Positions 10,883 through 20,163 of a stretch of DNA of 64,000 bases are shown here, piece by piece. The notes under the pieces were generated by a model that was not told the origin of the DNA, did not search any database, and was given only the letters and a program-made list of their open reading frames with translations. Every line of letters starts with the position of its first letter. Within the stretch, counting starts at the first letter, position 1. This DNA is from Vulcanimicrobiota bacterium (GTDB taxonomy: Bacteria > Vulcanimicrobiota > Vulcanimicrobiia > Vulcanimicrobiales > Vulcanimicrobiaceae), in assembly GCA_963723515.1 (NCBI GenBank), contig CAVRQT010000002.1:1-64000 (forward strand), in the 5' to 3' direction. The translations under genes were made by a program, and so were the position numbers.

Positions 10883-11518
10883 ATGATCGTCGAGCATTTG
10901 GTGCTTGGCGCGCTCGCCTGCAACTGCACGATCCTGGGCGATGAGGTTTCGAATGAGGCGGTCGTGATCGACGGCGGCGACGGTGTCGAAGAGGTCGTCG
11001 CCCGACTCAGCGCACTTGGGCTGCGAGCGAAATATTTGATCCACACGCATGCGCATATCGATCACATCGGTGATGCCGCCGCGCTGCGCGCCGCAACCGG
11101 CGGCGAAGTGCTCTTGCATCCTGCCGATTTGCCGCTCTATCAAACGCTGCCGTTGCAAGCACAGTGGGTCGGACTTTCTCAAGCACCAGCGATCGCGCGG
11201 TTGGACGGCGAGCTAAGCGACGAACAAGTCTTGCGTTGCGGAGCGCTCGCCGTGCAGGTGCTTCATACGCCCGGACATACACCGGGCAGCGTCTGCTTTG
11301 TCGGCGAGTTCGACGAGAAGCCGGTGATCTTCAGCGGCGATACGCTGTTCGCCGGCTCGATTGGCCGTTGGGATTTAGGCGGAACATCGCAAGAAGACAT
11401 CGTCGCGAGCATCAAGCGAAAGCTGCTGCCCTTTGCGGATCGAACGCCGGTAGTGCCGGGACACGGCCCTTCGACAACGATCGGAATCGAGCGCGGCAAT
11501 AATCCATTCTTGGTGTAA
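10883..11518 (+). CDS. MBL-fold metallo-hydrolase (glyoxalase II/YcbL-like)
   Basis: THAHIDHIG, HTPGHTPG, SGDTLF, PGHG. Confidence 0.9.
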   Translation: MIVEHLVLGALACNCTILGDEVSNEAVVIDGGDGVEEVVARLSALGLRAKYLIHTHAHIDHIGDAAALRAATGGEVLLHPADLPLYQTLPLQAQWVGLSQAPAIARLDGELSDEQVLRCGALAVQVLHTPGHTPGSVCFVGEFDEKPVIFSGDTLFAGSIGRWDLGGTSQEDIVASIKRKLLPFADRTPVVPGHGPSTTIGIERGNNPFLV

Positions 11519-11519
11519 T

Positions 11520-11597
11520 GGGTCCCGCCCGCGCAGTTTGGGCGGGGGCGTAAAGTCCGCTTTCGGCGCATCGTGCCGAAAGCGGAACGGAACGCCA
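11520..11597. repeat. Intergenic GC-rich tandem hairpins (REP-like)
   Basis: CCCGCCC-N9-GGGCGGG followed by TCCGCTTTCGGCGC-ATC-GTGCCGAAAGCGGA. Confidence 0.5.
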
Positions 11598-11601
11598 AGC
11601 G

Positions 11602-12171
11602 TTGAGCGAAGTTCAACGCTCAAAAAAAATCAAACTCTTCGCCGGCATTGCCCTCGAAGAGCCGGTGCAACGAAAATTATCGGAGATCTCAGAACGACTG
11701 CGCGCTCGCGGACTGGACGCGCGTTTTGAAGGCAGCGACAAATACCATCTGACGCTCGCGTTCTTGGGATGGGTTGAGCCGGGACAATTGCCGCCCCTAC
11801 TCGGGGCGCTGCAATCCGTCGCCGCGCAGTATCGTCCGTTTGCATTGCGGTTGGATCGAATCGGCGCATTCCCGCACGAACGCCGCCCGCGCGTTGTCTG
11901 GATCGGTTCTCAAAAGCAGCCGCCCACGTACCGCGACCTCACGCGGTCGCTCCAGAGCGCATATGCCGGTTTCGGCTTTGAATTCAAAGATGATCCCGTC
12001 GCACACGTTACGATCGCGCGCATCAAAATGGCGCGCAAGCCGCTTCCGACGATTTCGGCATTTGCACCGATCAGCATACCTGTGAGCACCTTAACGCTCT
12101 TCGAATCGCTGCCTGAAGCCGGTACGACGCGCTACGAAGTGCGCGCTTGTGCGCCGCTTAGCGCAACTTGA
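11602..12171 (+). CDS. thpR: RNA 2',3'-cyclic phosphodiesterase (2H family)
   Basis: Two HxT motifs (HLTL, HVTI); RPRVVW. Confidence 0.85.
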   Translation: MSEVQRSKKIKLFAGIALEEPVQRKLSEISERLRARGLDARFEGSDKYHLTLAFLGWVEPGQLPPLLGALQSVAAQYRPFALRLDRIGAFPHERRPRVVWIGSQKQPPTYRDLTRSLQSAYAGFGFEFKDDPVAHVTIARIKMARKPLPTISAFAPISIPVSTLTLFESLPEAGTTRYEVRACAPLSAT

Positions 12172-12646
12172 TCAGCAGTTTTCCGTCGTCGCTGACCGGC
12201 ACAGTAGCCGGTTCTGGATTTGGCGCAGGTGCGCGTTCTGGCGCCGGCATCGCGGCGAAGTCGGGCACGGCGCCCGCACCGACCTTCTGACGATAGTCAT
12301 CGAGCGCGACTTGAAGCGCCTCGAGTGCGCGCTGCGGGTAATCGCGCTTCTTTTCAGGATAGCCGTCGAGCGCATCGATCACTTGCTGTTCTGTGATCTG
12401 CGTCGCCTCATCGATTGTCTTACCTTTCGCGAGGTCAACGACGAGACTGCAGGTGGCCGTTCCGAAGCCGCATCCCGTCGTGAAGTACGAGATGTCCTCG
12501 ATGATTGCGCCTGGGCCGACCTTCAAGAAAAAATTGTACATGTCGCCGCAGGAGTCGCTCAAATACTCACCGCTTGCGGTCGGGTTCTCCATCGTGCGAA
12601 ATCCTGTGCGCTCCTCGACGAGCCGCTGAAACTTTTCAAAATTCAT
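12158..12646 (-). CDS. IscU/NifU-N-like Fe-S scaffold protein with an atypical Cys set
   Basis: SCGDM and GCG motifs; GKTIDEA; usual third Cys absent. Confidence 0.75.
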   Translation of the reverse strand: MNFEKFQRLVEERTGFRTMENPTASGEYLSDSCGDMYNFFLKVGPGAIIEDISYFTTGCGFGTATCSLVVDLAKGKTIDEATQITEQQVIDALDGYPEKKRDYPQRALEALQVALDDYRQKVGAGAVPDFAAMPAPERAPAPNPEPATVPVSDDGKLLIKLR

Positions 12647-12669
12647 TTAGAAGGCGCTCCGCTCCAAGC

Positions 12670-12756
12670 TCCGCGCCCCCCAGCCGAGCTGGGGCCCCCA
12701 CGCACGCCATCGCTCCCTCTCGATTACGATGGGGCGAAATTCCCCGTGGGGTCGCG
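12670..12756. repeat. Intergenic multi-stem palindromic element (REP-like)
   Basis: CCCCAGC-CGA-GCTGGGG plus nested CCCCACG...CCATCG...CGATGG...CGTGGGG stems. Confidence 0.45.
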
Positions 12757-12758
12757 TA

Positions 12759-13421
12759 TTAAGCATTTACTTTTACCTCGAAGCGGCATTCATTGCCGCC
12801 GGTCGCGAGCGATTCGGTTTGGGCATGCGTCCCGCCGACGGTCTCGTCCAGCACCCGATGAATCACCGAGCAGACTTCCGGGTGTTCCTTAACGACGTTC
12901 GCATACGGACAGTTGTGTTCGTGCAGTTCAAACCCGCCGTCGATGAGATTGTATTCGGCCTTCACGCCTTTTCTGCGCAAGAGCGCCGTTATGCCGGCCA
13001 TCTTGCCTTCGGGCGTCGGATCGGTGATGCGTTCCCGCGCGCTATGCGCCGTTCGCTTGGCAATGGCCTCAAAAATCCGCGCCACACCCTGGGCGCCGTC
13101 TCGTTTTCGAACCTCACTGAGGACCGCGCTGAGCATGCGATCGTAGGGTTGAGAAAAGAGCTGCTCCCCACGAGCCGTCAGCGAGAACTCGAGCGTCGGT
13201 TTTGTTGGCCCGCGGCGCACAGATTTTTCCGAGACGAGCCCGTCGCGTTCAAGGATCAGAAGCTGCTGCCGGATAGCGTTGGGCGTCAGGCGGAGGTCGC
13301 GCGCCAAATCAACCGCCGAGGCGGATTCCCTCCGGTGCAATTCTTCAACGATCTTCCCGCGCGTCGTGCGGAAAAACGTCGTGTGCAGCGGCAGCGTGGC
13401 GCTCAACTGTTCGGCGTGCAT
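12759..13421 (-). CDS. sufR: SufR-like ArsR/DeoR-type HTH regulator with Fe-S-binding cysteines
   Basis: N-terminal wHTH (TPNAIRQQL..LERDGLV); C-terminal HNCPY..C..C; divergent from sufC. Confidence 0.75.
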   Translation of the reverse strand: MHAEQLSATLPLHTTFFRTTRGKIVEELHRRESASAVDLARDLRLTPNAIRQQLLILERDGLVSEKSVRRGPTKPTLEFSLTARGEQLFSQPYDRMLSAVLSEVRKRDGAQGVARIFEAIAKRTAHSARERITDPTPEGKMAGITALLRRKGVKAEYNLIDGGFELHEHNCPYANVVKEHPEVCSVIHRVLDETVGGTHAQTESLATGGNECRFEVKVNA

Positions 13422-13430
13422 CTCGCGGCC

Positions 13431-13459
13431 AGAATAGCAAAAAAAGGGAAGATAGTCCA
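13431..13459 (-). promoter_or_regulatory. Sigma70-like promoter for sufR (TGGACT-N17-TATTCT), short or leaderless transcript
   Basis: 17-bp spacer counted directly; -10 element ends about 10 nt before the ATG at 13421. Confidence 0.5.
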
Positions 13460-13467
13460 GAGTTTCC

Positions 13468-13496
13468 TTGACTTTCCCCATCACCGCCCGTAGCAT
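13468..13496 (+). promoter_or_regulatory. Sigma70-like promoter for sufCDSU (TTGACT-N17-TAGCAT)
   Basis: Near-consensus -35/-10 with a 17-bp spacer; AAGGAG SD follows before sufC. Confidence 0.65.
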
Positions 13497-13553
13497 AAGA
13501 GGCGGCTTCGCGGCGAGCTATTCACCGCGCCACGGATAAGGAGAAACAACCGA

Positions 13554-14315
13554 GTGCCGGATCGAGGCCTTCGCATTTCAGGACTGCGCGTCAACGTGGC
13601 GGGCAATGAGATCCTCAAAGGGATCGACCTCGACGTCGAGTCCGGTCACGTCCACGCGTTGATGGGCCCCAACGGGAGCGGTAAATCAACACTCGCGCTA
13701 GCGCTGGCCGGCCACCCCGGTTACGAGATCTCCGGTTCAGCGACGCTGGACGGCCTCGATTTGCTCGCGATATCGCCTGACAAACGGGCGCGTGCAGGCC
13801 TCTTTCTCTCCTTTCAATATCCGGCCGCCATCCCGGGCGTCAAAGTCTCCAGTTTCTTGCAAGCGACACGCCAAGCGGTCAAACCCGGCGACTTGCCCCC
13901 CGCCAAATTCCGACAATTAGTCATGGAAAAGATGGATCTGCTCGACATGGATCCGTCATTCTTAGGCCGCTACTTGAACGACGGCTTCTCGGGCGGAGAA
14001 AAGAAGCGCTTGGAGATGCTGCAACTGGCCGTGCTAGCGCCGAAATACGCGATCCTCGACGAGACGGACTCCGGCTTAGACATCGACGCGCTGCGCGCCG
14101 TCGGTGAATCGATCGACGCGATGCGCAAAGACGCGACGACCAAAGATATTGGACTGCTGATCATCACGCACTATCCTCGGATGCTGCAGCACATTTCAGC
14201 CGACGTCGTTCATATAATGGTTGACGGGCGGATCGTTAAGGAAGGCGGTCCCGAGCTGGCGCACGAGATCGAGCGCGAAGGCTACGACGCCCTGCGCGAA
14301 ACCGCCGGTGTCTGA
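13554..14315 (+). CDS. sufC: Fe-S cluster assembly ATPase SufC
   Basis: MGPNGSGKST, FQYP, GFSGGEKKR, LDETDSGLD. Confidence 0.95.
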   Translation: MPDRGLRISGLRVNVAGNEILKGIDLDVESGHVHALMGPNGSGKSTLALALAGHPGYEISGSATLDGLDLLAISPDKRARAGLFLSFQYPAAIPGVKVSSFLQATRQAVKPGDLPPAKFRQLVMEKMDLLDMDPSFLGRYLNDGFSGGEKKRLEMLQLAVLAPKYAILDETDSGLDIDALRAVGESIDAMRKDATTKDIGLLIITHYPRMLQHISADVVHIMVDGRIVKEGGPELAHEIEREGYDALRETAGV

Positions 14316-15528
14316 AGCGCTCGTTGAAACCCAACCACGTGCCTGGGAAGCAGCGCTTGATGCGATCCGCTCGGATAGCGCCGCTCTTTCGTTTTCCGGA
14401 ATTGACGGGCGCACTTCCGCGCTCGAGCGCTACCGCATCACAACGGCCAATCGTGAAAAGCCAGGTCGCTATTGGAAACTCGATCTCGATCGACTCGAGC
14501 CCACCGTCGAGCCGACATCTCAGCCCGCGGTCGTACAGTTTTCCGGCGGCACGGCGCCCGGTGTGGTCTTCCACGATCTCGCAGGTGCGGTAAAGCAAGA
14601 TCCATCTGCGTTTCACGGCACATTCGGTCGAGCGCTCGCGCATGCGCCGGGCAAATACGCCGCCTTAACGCAGGCGCTGCATCGCGGCGGTGCCTTCATC
14701 CACATTCCGGCGGATGTCTGCGTTGACGAACCAATCGTCATCACCTATCGCGCCGAAGAAGGAACCGCAAGCTTTCCATACACGCTCGTTGTCGCCGATC
14801 AAGGTTCCAGCGCCACGATCGTCGAGCGCCACGAATCGCCGGGTGCAAATCTCTTTGTTGCCGGCGTCAGCGAGATCTTCGCGCATGATTCCGCATCGGT
14901 CACGCACGCTGTGGTGCAGCGGTTGCCTGAAGATGCAATAACCTTCTTCACGCGAGCCGCCGTGCTCGAGCGTAATGCCGCAATCAGTTGGTGTGCGGCG
15001 GATCTCGGCGCGCACATCTCCGGCTCGACGATTTTTTCGGCGGTCGAAGGACTCGGCGCCGACTCGCACATCGCCGCGCTCTTCTTTCCATGCGGCGAGC
15101 AGCATGTTGACTTTATTACGACGACCGACCATCTCGCCGGCCAATCGCAATCCCGTACGGTGATCAAATCCGCCGCAACGGGCAGCGGACAGGCGCGCTA
15201 TCTCGGCAACATCCGCATCGCAGCCACGATGCACGGCTGCGACGCAAGCCTCAAAGACGATGCGCTGCTGCTCTCTGCGCAAGCGCACATCGATTCCGTT
15301 CCGGCGCTCGAGATTGCCGCGAACGATGTGAAGGCGTTCCACGGCGCGACGGTCGGAGCGCTTGACGATCTGGTCATCTTCTACATGATGAGCCGTGGAC
15401 TCGATCGCTCGACCGCGCAGCGGATGATCACGCTTGGATTTTTCGAACCGGCGCTCGACCACTTTCCGACGAACGCCTTGCGCGAAGAACTCCGGAACGA
15501 GCTCGCGCAAAAGATTGCCGCAACGTGA
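14308..15528 (+). CDS. sufD: Fe-S cluster assembly protein SufD
   Basis: SufBD beta-helix; DSVPALEIAANDVKAFHGATVG; YMMSRG; lacks the conserved SufB N-terminus. Confidence 0.85.
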   Translation: MSEALVETQPRAWEAALDAIRSDSAALSFSGIDGRTSALERYRITTANREKPGRYWKLDLDRLEPTVEPTSQPAVVQFSGGTAPGVVFHDLAGAVKQDPSAFHGTFGRALAHAPGKYAALTQALHRGGAFIHIPADVCVDEPIVITYRAEEGTASFPYTLVVADQGSSATIVERHESPGANLFVAGVSEIFAHDSASVTHAVVQRLPEDAITFFTRAAVLERNAAISWCAADLGAHISGSTIFSAVEGLGADSHIAALFFPCGEQHVDFITTTDHLAGQSQSRTVIKSAATGSGQARYLGNIRIAATMHGCDASLKDDALLLSAQAHIDSVPALEIAANDVKAFHGATVGALDDLVIFYMMSRGLDRSTAQRMITLGFFEPALDHFPTNALREELRNELAQKIAAT

Positions 15529-16775
15529 TTGCGCAGCAGCTCGATCCGAAAGTAGAGCGCGTCCTTGAGGACTTCCCTATCCTGCGCACGACAACGTCGC
15601 ACGGCAAGCGCCTCGTTTATCTCGACTCGGCAGCGACATCGCAGAAACCGCAATCCGTCATCGATGCGCTGACCGATTACTACAGCGCGTACAACGCAAA
15701 CATTCATCGCGGCGTGTACGAAATCGCCGCGCGGGCGACGGACGCATTTGAAAGTGCGCGTGCAAAAGTCGCACGCTTCATCAATGCCGCCGAGCCGGCG
15801 GAGATCATCTGGACGCGTAACACGACGGAGGCGATTAACCTCATAAGCTACAGCTGGGGGCTGCACAATCTCAAGGCGGGTGATGCGATCCTCATTACAC
15901 AGCTCGAGCACCATTCGAACCTCGTCCCGTGGCAGCTGCTGGCCGAGCGCACCGGTGCGAAACTGCGTTTCATTCCGGTCAATGCCCACGGGTTGCACGA
16001 CTTGAGCGATCTCGATCGTTTGTTGGAGGGCACGAAACTCGTCGCGCTTTCGCATGTCAGCAATACCCTCGGAACGATCGCACCGCTCGAGAAAATCATA
16101 CCGAAGGCGCACGATGCCGGCGCAATCGTCGTCATTGACGGCGCGCAATCTGCCCCGAACATGCCGGTCGACGTGCAAGCACTCGACTGCGATTTTTTCG
16201 CCGCGAGCGGCCACAAGATGTGCGCGCCGACCGGCATCGGATTCTTATACGGAAAGCGCATGTTGCTCGATGCGATGCCGCCGTTCTTAGCGGGCGGCGA
16301 TATGATCCGCCGCGTCTCGTATGAGAAGACGACGTTCAACGTGCTGCCATGGAAATTTGAAGCCGGCACGAGCAACATCGGCGATGCAATCGCCTTCGGC
16401 ACAGCGATCGACTACCTGAGCGCGCTCGACATGGGATGGGTCCGCGAGCACGAGCATGCGGTAATGACGTATGCGTTCGCGCGGCTGAGCGAGCTGAAAG
16501 ATCGCGGCTTGATGGTCTACGGGCCGCAGGATCCAAACCTCGTCGCGGATGTCGTCTCATTTAATCTCGGCGACATCCACCCGCACGATTTAGCATCTAT
16601 CCTCGACACGGATGGCATTTGCATCCGGGCGGGCCACCACTGCACGATGCCGCTGATGGAGAAAATGGGGTGGCCGGCGACGGCCCGCGCGTCATTTTAT
16701 ATCTATAACACTGAAGCCGACGTTGACGCGCTGATTGCGGGGTTATTGAAAGCCGCGCACGTCTTCAAATTGTAG
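15525..16775 (+). CDS. sufS: Cysteine desulfurase SufS
   Basis: YLDSAATSQKP, EHHSN, SGHKM, RAGHHC. Confidence 0.95.
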   Translation: MIAQQLDPKVERVLEDFPILRTTTSHGKRLVYLDSAATSQKPQSVIDALTDYYSAYNANIHRGVYEIAARATDAFESARAKVARFINAAEPAEIIWTRNTTEAINLISYSWGLHNLKAGDAILITQLEHHSNLVPWQLLAERTGAKLRFIPVNAHGLHDLSDLDRLLEGTKLVALSHVSNTLGTIAPLEKIIPKAHDAGAIVVIDGAQSAPNMPVDVQALDCDFFAASGHKMCAPTGIGFLYGKRMLLDAMPPFLAGGDMIRRVSYEKTTFNVLPWKFEAGTSNIGDAIAFGTAIDYLSALDMGWVREHEHAVMTYAFARLSELKDRGLMVYGPQDPNLVADVVSFNLGDIHPHDLASILDTDGICIRAGHHCTMPLMEKMGWPATARASFYIYNTEADVDALIAGLLKAAHVFKL

Positions 16776-16797
16776 GCAGTGGGACGCTTACACTTAG

Positions 16798-17187
16798 ATG
16801 GATGACTTTTATAAAGAGTACATCCTCGACCACTACCGCAATCCGCGCAACTTCGGCCGGCTAGACCCGCCGGATATCACCGCGGAAGACAATAATCCGC
16901 TCTGCGGCGATGAGATTCGCATGGATCTCGCCGTAAAAGAGGGCGTTGTCACCGACGTCCGCTTCTCCGGCAAAGGGTGCGCGATCAGTCAGGCATCGGC
17001 GTCGATGCTCACGGACAGCATCAAGGGGCAGAAATTGGAAGACGTCGCCCGGCTGCCGGCACAAACGGTTTTGGATAACGTCGGCATCGGGATCAGTCCC
17101 ACACGCATGCGCTGCGCGATGCTGGGTCTCAAGGTGCTCAAGAGTGCGGCTCTTGGCGAAATTGCGGGGTGGCCGGACGAAGAGTGA
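16798..17187 (+). CDS. sufU: SufU/IscU-type Fe-S assembly protein
   Basis: DHYRNPRN, NPLCGD, GCAISQASAS, RMRC. Confidence 0.9.
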   Translation: MDDFYKEYILDHYRNPRNFGRLDPPDITAEDNNPLCGDEIRMDLAVKEGVVTDVRFSGKGCAISQASASMLTDSIKGQKLEDVARLPAQTVLDNVGIGISPTRMRCAMLGLKVLKSAALGEIAGWPDEE

Positions 17188-17534
17188 GCCCGGTTCTCGA
17201 TATCTTCACGCGCTTGATCGGCGCGATCGTCTGCGCTTCAATGGCATTGATCGTCTGGGATATCGGGACGCGTTCTGTATCGCGCCTGATCTTCGACATC
17301 GCCAAGGCATCTCATGAGCCGAACGAATTGGTGAAGGGAAGCGTGCGCTTCTTTACCGGGCTCGTTTTTGTTGCACTCTCCGTTGCGCTGATGTTCTTTG
17401 CTGTTCCCGACAACGAATTCTCCCGCTACACGCTCTATGAGATAGGCGCATTCCTTACGGCTCTGACGGTCGAGTTGCTCGTCGGAGAGGACATCCGGCG
17501 CTTTTTCTCGCGCTGGACGGCTCCCTCACGCTGA
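17184..17534 (+). CDS. Hypothetical 3-TM membrane protein
   Basis: GTGA overlap with the sufU stop; three hydrophobic segments. Confidence 0.6.
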   Translation: MSPVLDIFTRLIGAIVCASMALIVWDIGTRSVSRLIFDIAKASHEPNELVKGSVRFFTGLVFVALSVALMFFAVPDNEFSRYTLYEIGAFLTALTVELLVGEDIRRFFSRWTAPSR

Positions 17535-17562
17535 CTCATCTGTTACCGCGAAACCGGCGCTG

Positions 17563-18351
17563 CTACTGCACTTTGATCGGATAGTGATCCGTGATCACGT
17601 TTCCAGAGATGTGGAACGTGACGAAAAACGTGCCGTGCGGTGAAGCGACTTCCGCTTCCACCTTGTACGTGCCGTCGCCATTCGGTGTCGCGTGCAAATC
17701 TGTAATGTGTGATGACGGCGTCAAGAACGATTGTTCGGGGAACTCGGGCAAGCTGCTCGGCGATTTGCCGAGAAGGCTGTTTGCGGTTCGATTATCGCCG
17801 CGCATCAGTGCGGAAAGATAGTCGCGCGCCACAGCCGCGGCGGCGTCCGCGCCGTTTTGCGACGGCGGAGGCGCAGCGGCACGAGCAATGTGAATCGGTG
17901 TCGAGCGAATGATCGGCGAGCGCGTTGCCGCCGGCACGGCCACCGGCTTCGGGGCGGCCGGCTTGGGCGTCCTCAACGCAACGCGAGCCACCGGACGGGG
18001 CGTCGACCCGATGGGCGTTCTCGACGGCGATGCTGACTGCGACGGCAAGCTCGAAATGGATGGTGTCGGTAGGGGCTTGCGGCTCGGTGCGACGGCCCTC
18101 GTCTTGACTTTGTTCAACGAGAGAGACGCGCGACGCAACGGCGTCGGCGTTATTAACGGCCCCGATGTGGGCGTGTGCGTTGCAAATTGCGGCGGAGAGG
18201 ACGATCTCGCACTGAAGCGTTGCGAAAGAAACGCACCGAGCGCAAGCCCGGCCAGCACGACGACGATAAATAGCGGGAAAAGCGGCAGACGTCTTTCGGA
18301 CGCCGGCTGCATTGAAGAGCGTCGTCTGCGACGTGGTCCGTCGCCGTTCAC
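17563..18351 (-). CDS. Hypothetical membrane-anchored protein with a Pro/Ser/Thr-rich linker and a small C-terminal domain
   Basis: N-terminal TM, low-complexity middle, globular C-terminus. Confidence 0.65.
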   Translation of the reverse strand: MNGDGPRRRRRSSMQPASERRLPLFPLFIVVVLAGLALGAFLSQRFSARSSSPPQFATHTPTSGPLITPTPLRRASLSLNKVKTRAVAPSRKPLPTPSISSLPSQSASPSRTPIGSTPRPVARVALRTPKPAAPKPVAVPAATRSPIIRSTPIHIARAAAPPPSQNGADAAAAVARDYLSALMRGDNRTANSLLGKSPSSLPEFPEQSFLTPSSHITDLHATPNGDGTYKVEAEVASPHGTFFVTFHISGNVITDHYPIKVQ

Positions 18352-18410
18352 GGTTTTTTCACTTATCCTTGGCGGCAGGCGGCTCCTCGGGTCGTGAGAA
18401 AACTGCCAGC

Positions 18411-18746
18411 GTGATTCGCGTCAGCGTGCCGCTTGATCTCTCCATCGTGCGCAGCACAGCATGTGCTGCGTTTGCGCTCGCGACACCGCTGCGGATCGAA
18501 GAGATCATCACGCTCGCCGTTCGCGAAGCGCAAGGCGCGAGGGCGCCCGGCGATAAGATCAAGCGCTGCATTCGTGCGACACTTGCCGGTTTTCGCGCCG
18601 GGAATTTCTTTGTCGACGTTGACGGGCGCTCGTTTCACGATCCTCGCGCCGTCATTTTGTGCGAGCGTTGGGCGAACGTCCGCTTCTTCTTGCGCGCCGG
18701 GGCAGCCAGGCGTAAGCGCGCGGCGGTTCCGGCCTTACAGATCTAA
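18411..18746 (+). CDS. Hypothetical protein
   Basis: Best-fitting ORF for the gap; 'AGNFFVDVDGR' looks protein-like. Confidence 0.45.
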   Translation: MIRVSVPLDLSIVRSTACAAFALATPLRIEEIITLAVREAQGARAPGDKIKRCIRATLAGFRAGNFFVDVDGRSFHDPRAVILCERWANVRFFLRAGAARRKRAAVPALQI

Positions 18747-18765
18747 GCTCGCGCCTTTATCGTCG

Positions 18766-20082
18766 TTATTTCGCGACGCGGCCCGGGATGAGGCCGCGGT
18801 GGTTGAGCACAAGCTCCGCGAAGAGCGCATTCGGCCACGCGAAATCATCGCGCGTGTACGCCTCGGGCCAATCCGCGTTGAACGATTCGTGCAGAACGTG
18901 GTCGCCTATGTCGGACGCCGCTATGAATCCCAACACCCGCTTGACCTCATCTTGGTCTGTCGAAGTCAGCGCTTCCATGACGAGCGACAGCGGCCAGATA
19001 TAGCCGTGCGGCGTGTGTTGGCTGCCGATGCCTTCCGCGTACTTGCCCCGATAGAAATACGGATTGCGGGGAGAGAGGACGAAGCTGCGCGTGTTCTTGT
19101 ACACCGCGTCACGCGCTCCGACATACCCGTAGTATGGGATGGAAAGCAGCGAGGGAATGTTCGCGTCGTCGATCAGCAGCGAATGGCCGTGGCCGTCGAT
19201 TTCGTACGAGTACATCTTTCCGAAGCCGGCTAAGTTGACGGTGCCATATTGCTCGATGGCGCGCTGAATTTGCACGCCTAAGCCCCATGCGTTCTGCCCG
19301 AGTTTCTGGTTATGGTAGACGTTGCGCTCGATTTCGGTCAGATCGCGTAAGACGACGACCGCAAACATATTGTCCGGGATATTGTAATGGTAGTACGCGG
19401 GATCGTCCGACGGCCGAAATGCCGTCCACACCAAACCGGTATAACCCACGGGTCTGCCCTGACCGTCGTTTGCGAGCTCGGGATGCCGGTAATGCGACCG
19501 GCTTGCATGATGCTGTTCGGTGCGCAGCACGCCCATGACGCGGTCGAATGCGCGCTCGACTTCCGGCGTAAAGACCGACCGGTCGCCGCTCGCTTTCCAA
19601 TAGAGGTAAGAGAACCAAATCGGATAGAGCAGCGAATCCATCTCGAATTTGCGCTCGGCGACCCGATAGTCGAGCGTGAATGCATTCGCGTAGGGATCGA
19701 GGAGAATGTACTTCGCCTGTCGCGAGATCACGCCGCGCAGCGTCTCGCGCACATCGGAATCGCTCAGCGAAAGCCCGATGTATGGTTTCACCACGGCGCT
19801 GGCGTCACGCAGCCATTCCGCATCGATGTCGCCGGTCGAAACAAAGGTCGTTCCATCTCGCTCGATGATTGCGTGGCGGCTATACGCTTCGTCGTACGCA
19901 TTTTGGTAAAGACTCCATAGCGTCGAAGCGACCGCGCTGGACATTTGGTTGGTATGCGTGCTCGTTGTGGCGTTCGAAGCGCCTACGGCCGGGAGGCCGG
20001 ACAATAGCAAACCAAGCGCGAGGACAAGCGCGGCGCTTCGGGCGCTATACATTACGCGGTTCTTTTTCGCAAATTGAACCAT
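18766..20082 (-). CDS. Secreted glycoside hydrolase family 125 (exo-alpha-1,6-mannosidase-like)
   Basis: TGDIDAEWLRD, ERKFEMDS, FRPSDD, DDANIPSLL, GIGSQHTP, FAWPN. Confidence 0.9.
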   Translation of the reverse strand: MVQFAKKNRVMYSARSAALVLALGLLLSGLPAVGASNATTSTHTNQMSSAVASTLWSLYQNAYDEAYSRHAIIERDGTTFVSTGDIDAEWLRDASAVVKPYIGLSLSDSDVRETLRGVISRQAKYILLDPYANAFTLDYRVAERKFEMDSLLYPIWFSYLYWKASGDRSVFTPEVERAFDRVMGVLRTEQHHASRSHYRHPELANDGQGRPVGYTGLVWTAFRPSDDPAYYHYNIPDNMFAVVVLRDLTEIERNVYHNQKLGQNAWGLGVQIQRAIEQYGTVNLAGFGKMYSYEIDGHGHSLLIDDANIPSLLSIPYYGYVGARDAVYKNTRSFVLSPRNPYFYRGKYAEGIGSQHTPHGYIWPLSLVMEALTSTDQDEVKRVLGFIAASDIGDHVLHESFNADWPEAYTRDDFAWPNALFAELVLNHRGLIPGRVAK

Positions 20083-20163
20083 TGCCTGCCCGTAGAGAGT
20101 TTATAGAATCGCCCGCTTTGGGCATAATTCGGAAACCAGCGCACTGTAAAACGGAGCACGCAC

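Noticed and set aside
12149..13493. Long + strand ORFs 12149-12892 and 12729-13493, and similar antisense ORFs such as 14665-15510, 18433-19233 and 45911-47032
   Set aside because: Shadow frames opposite well-supported genes, expected in GC-rich DNA; no recognisable motifs
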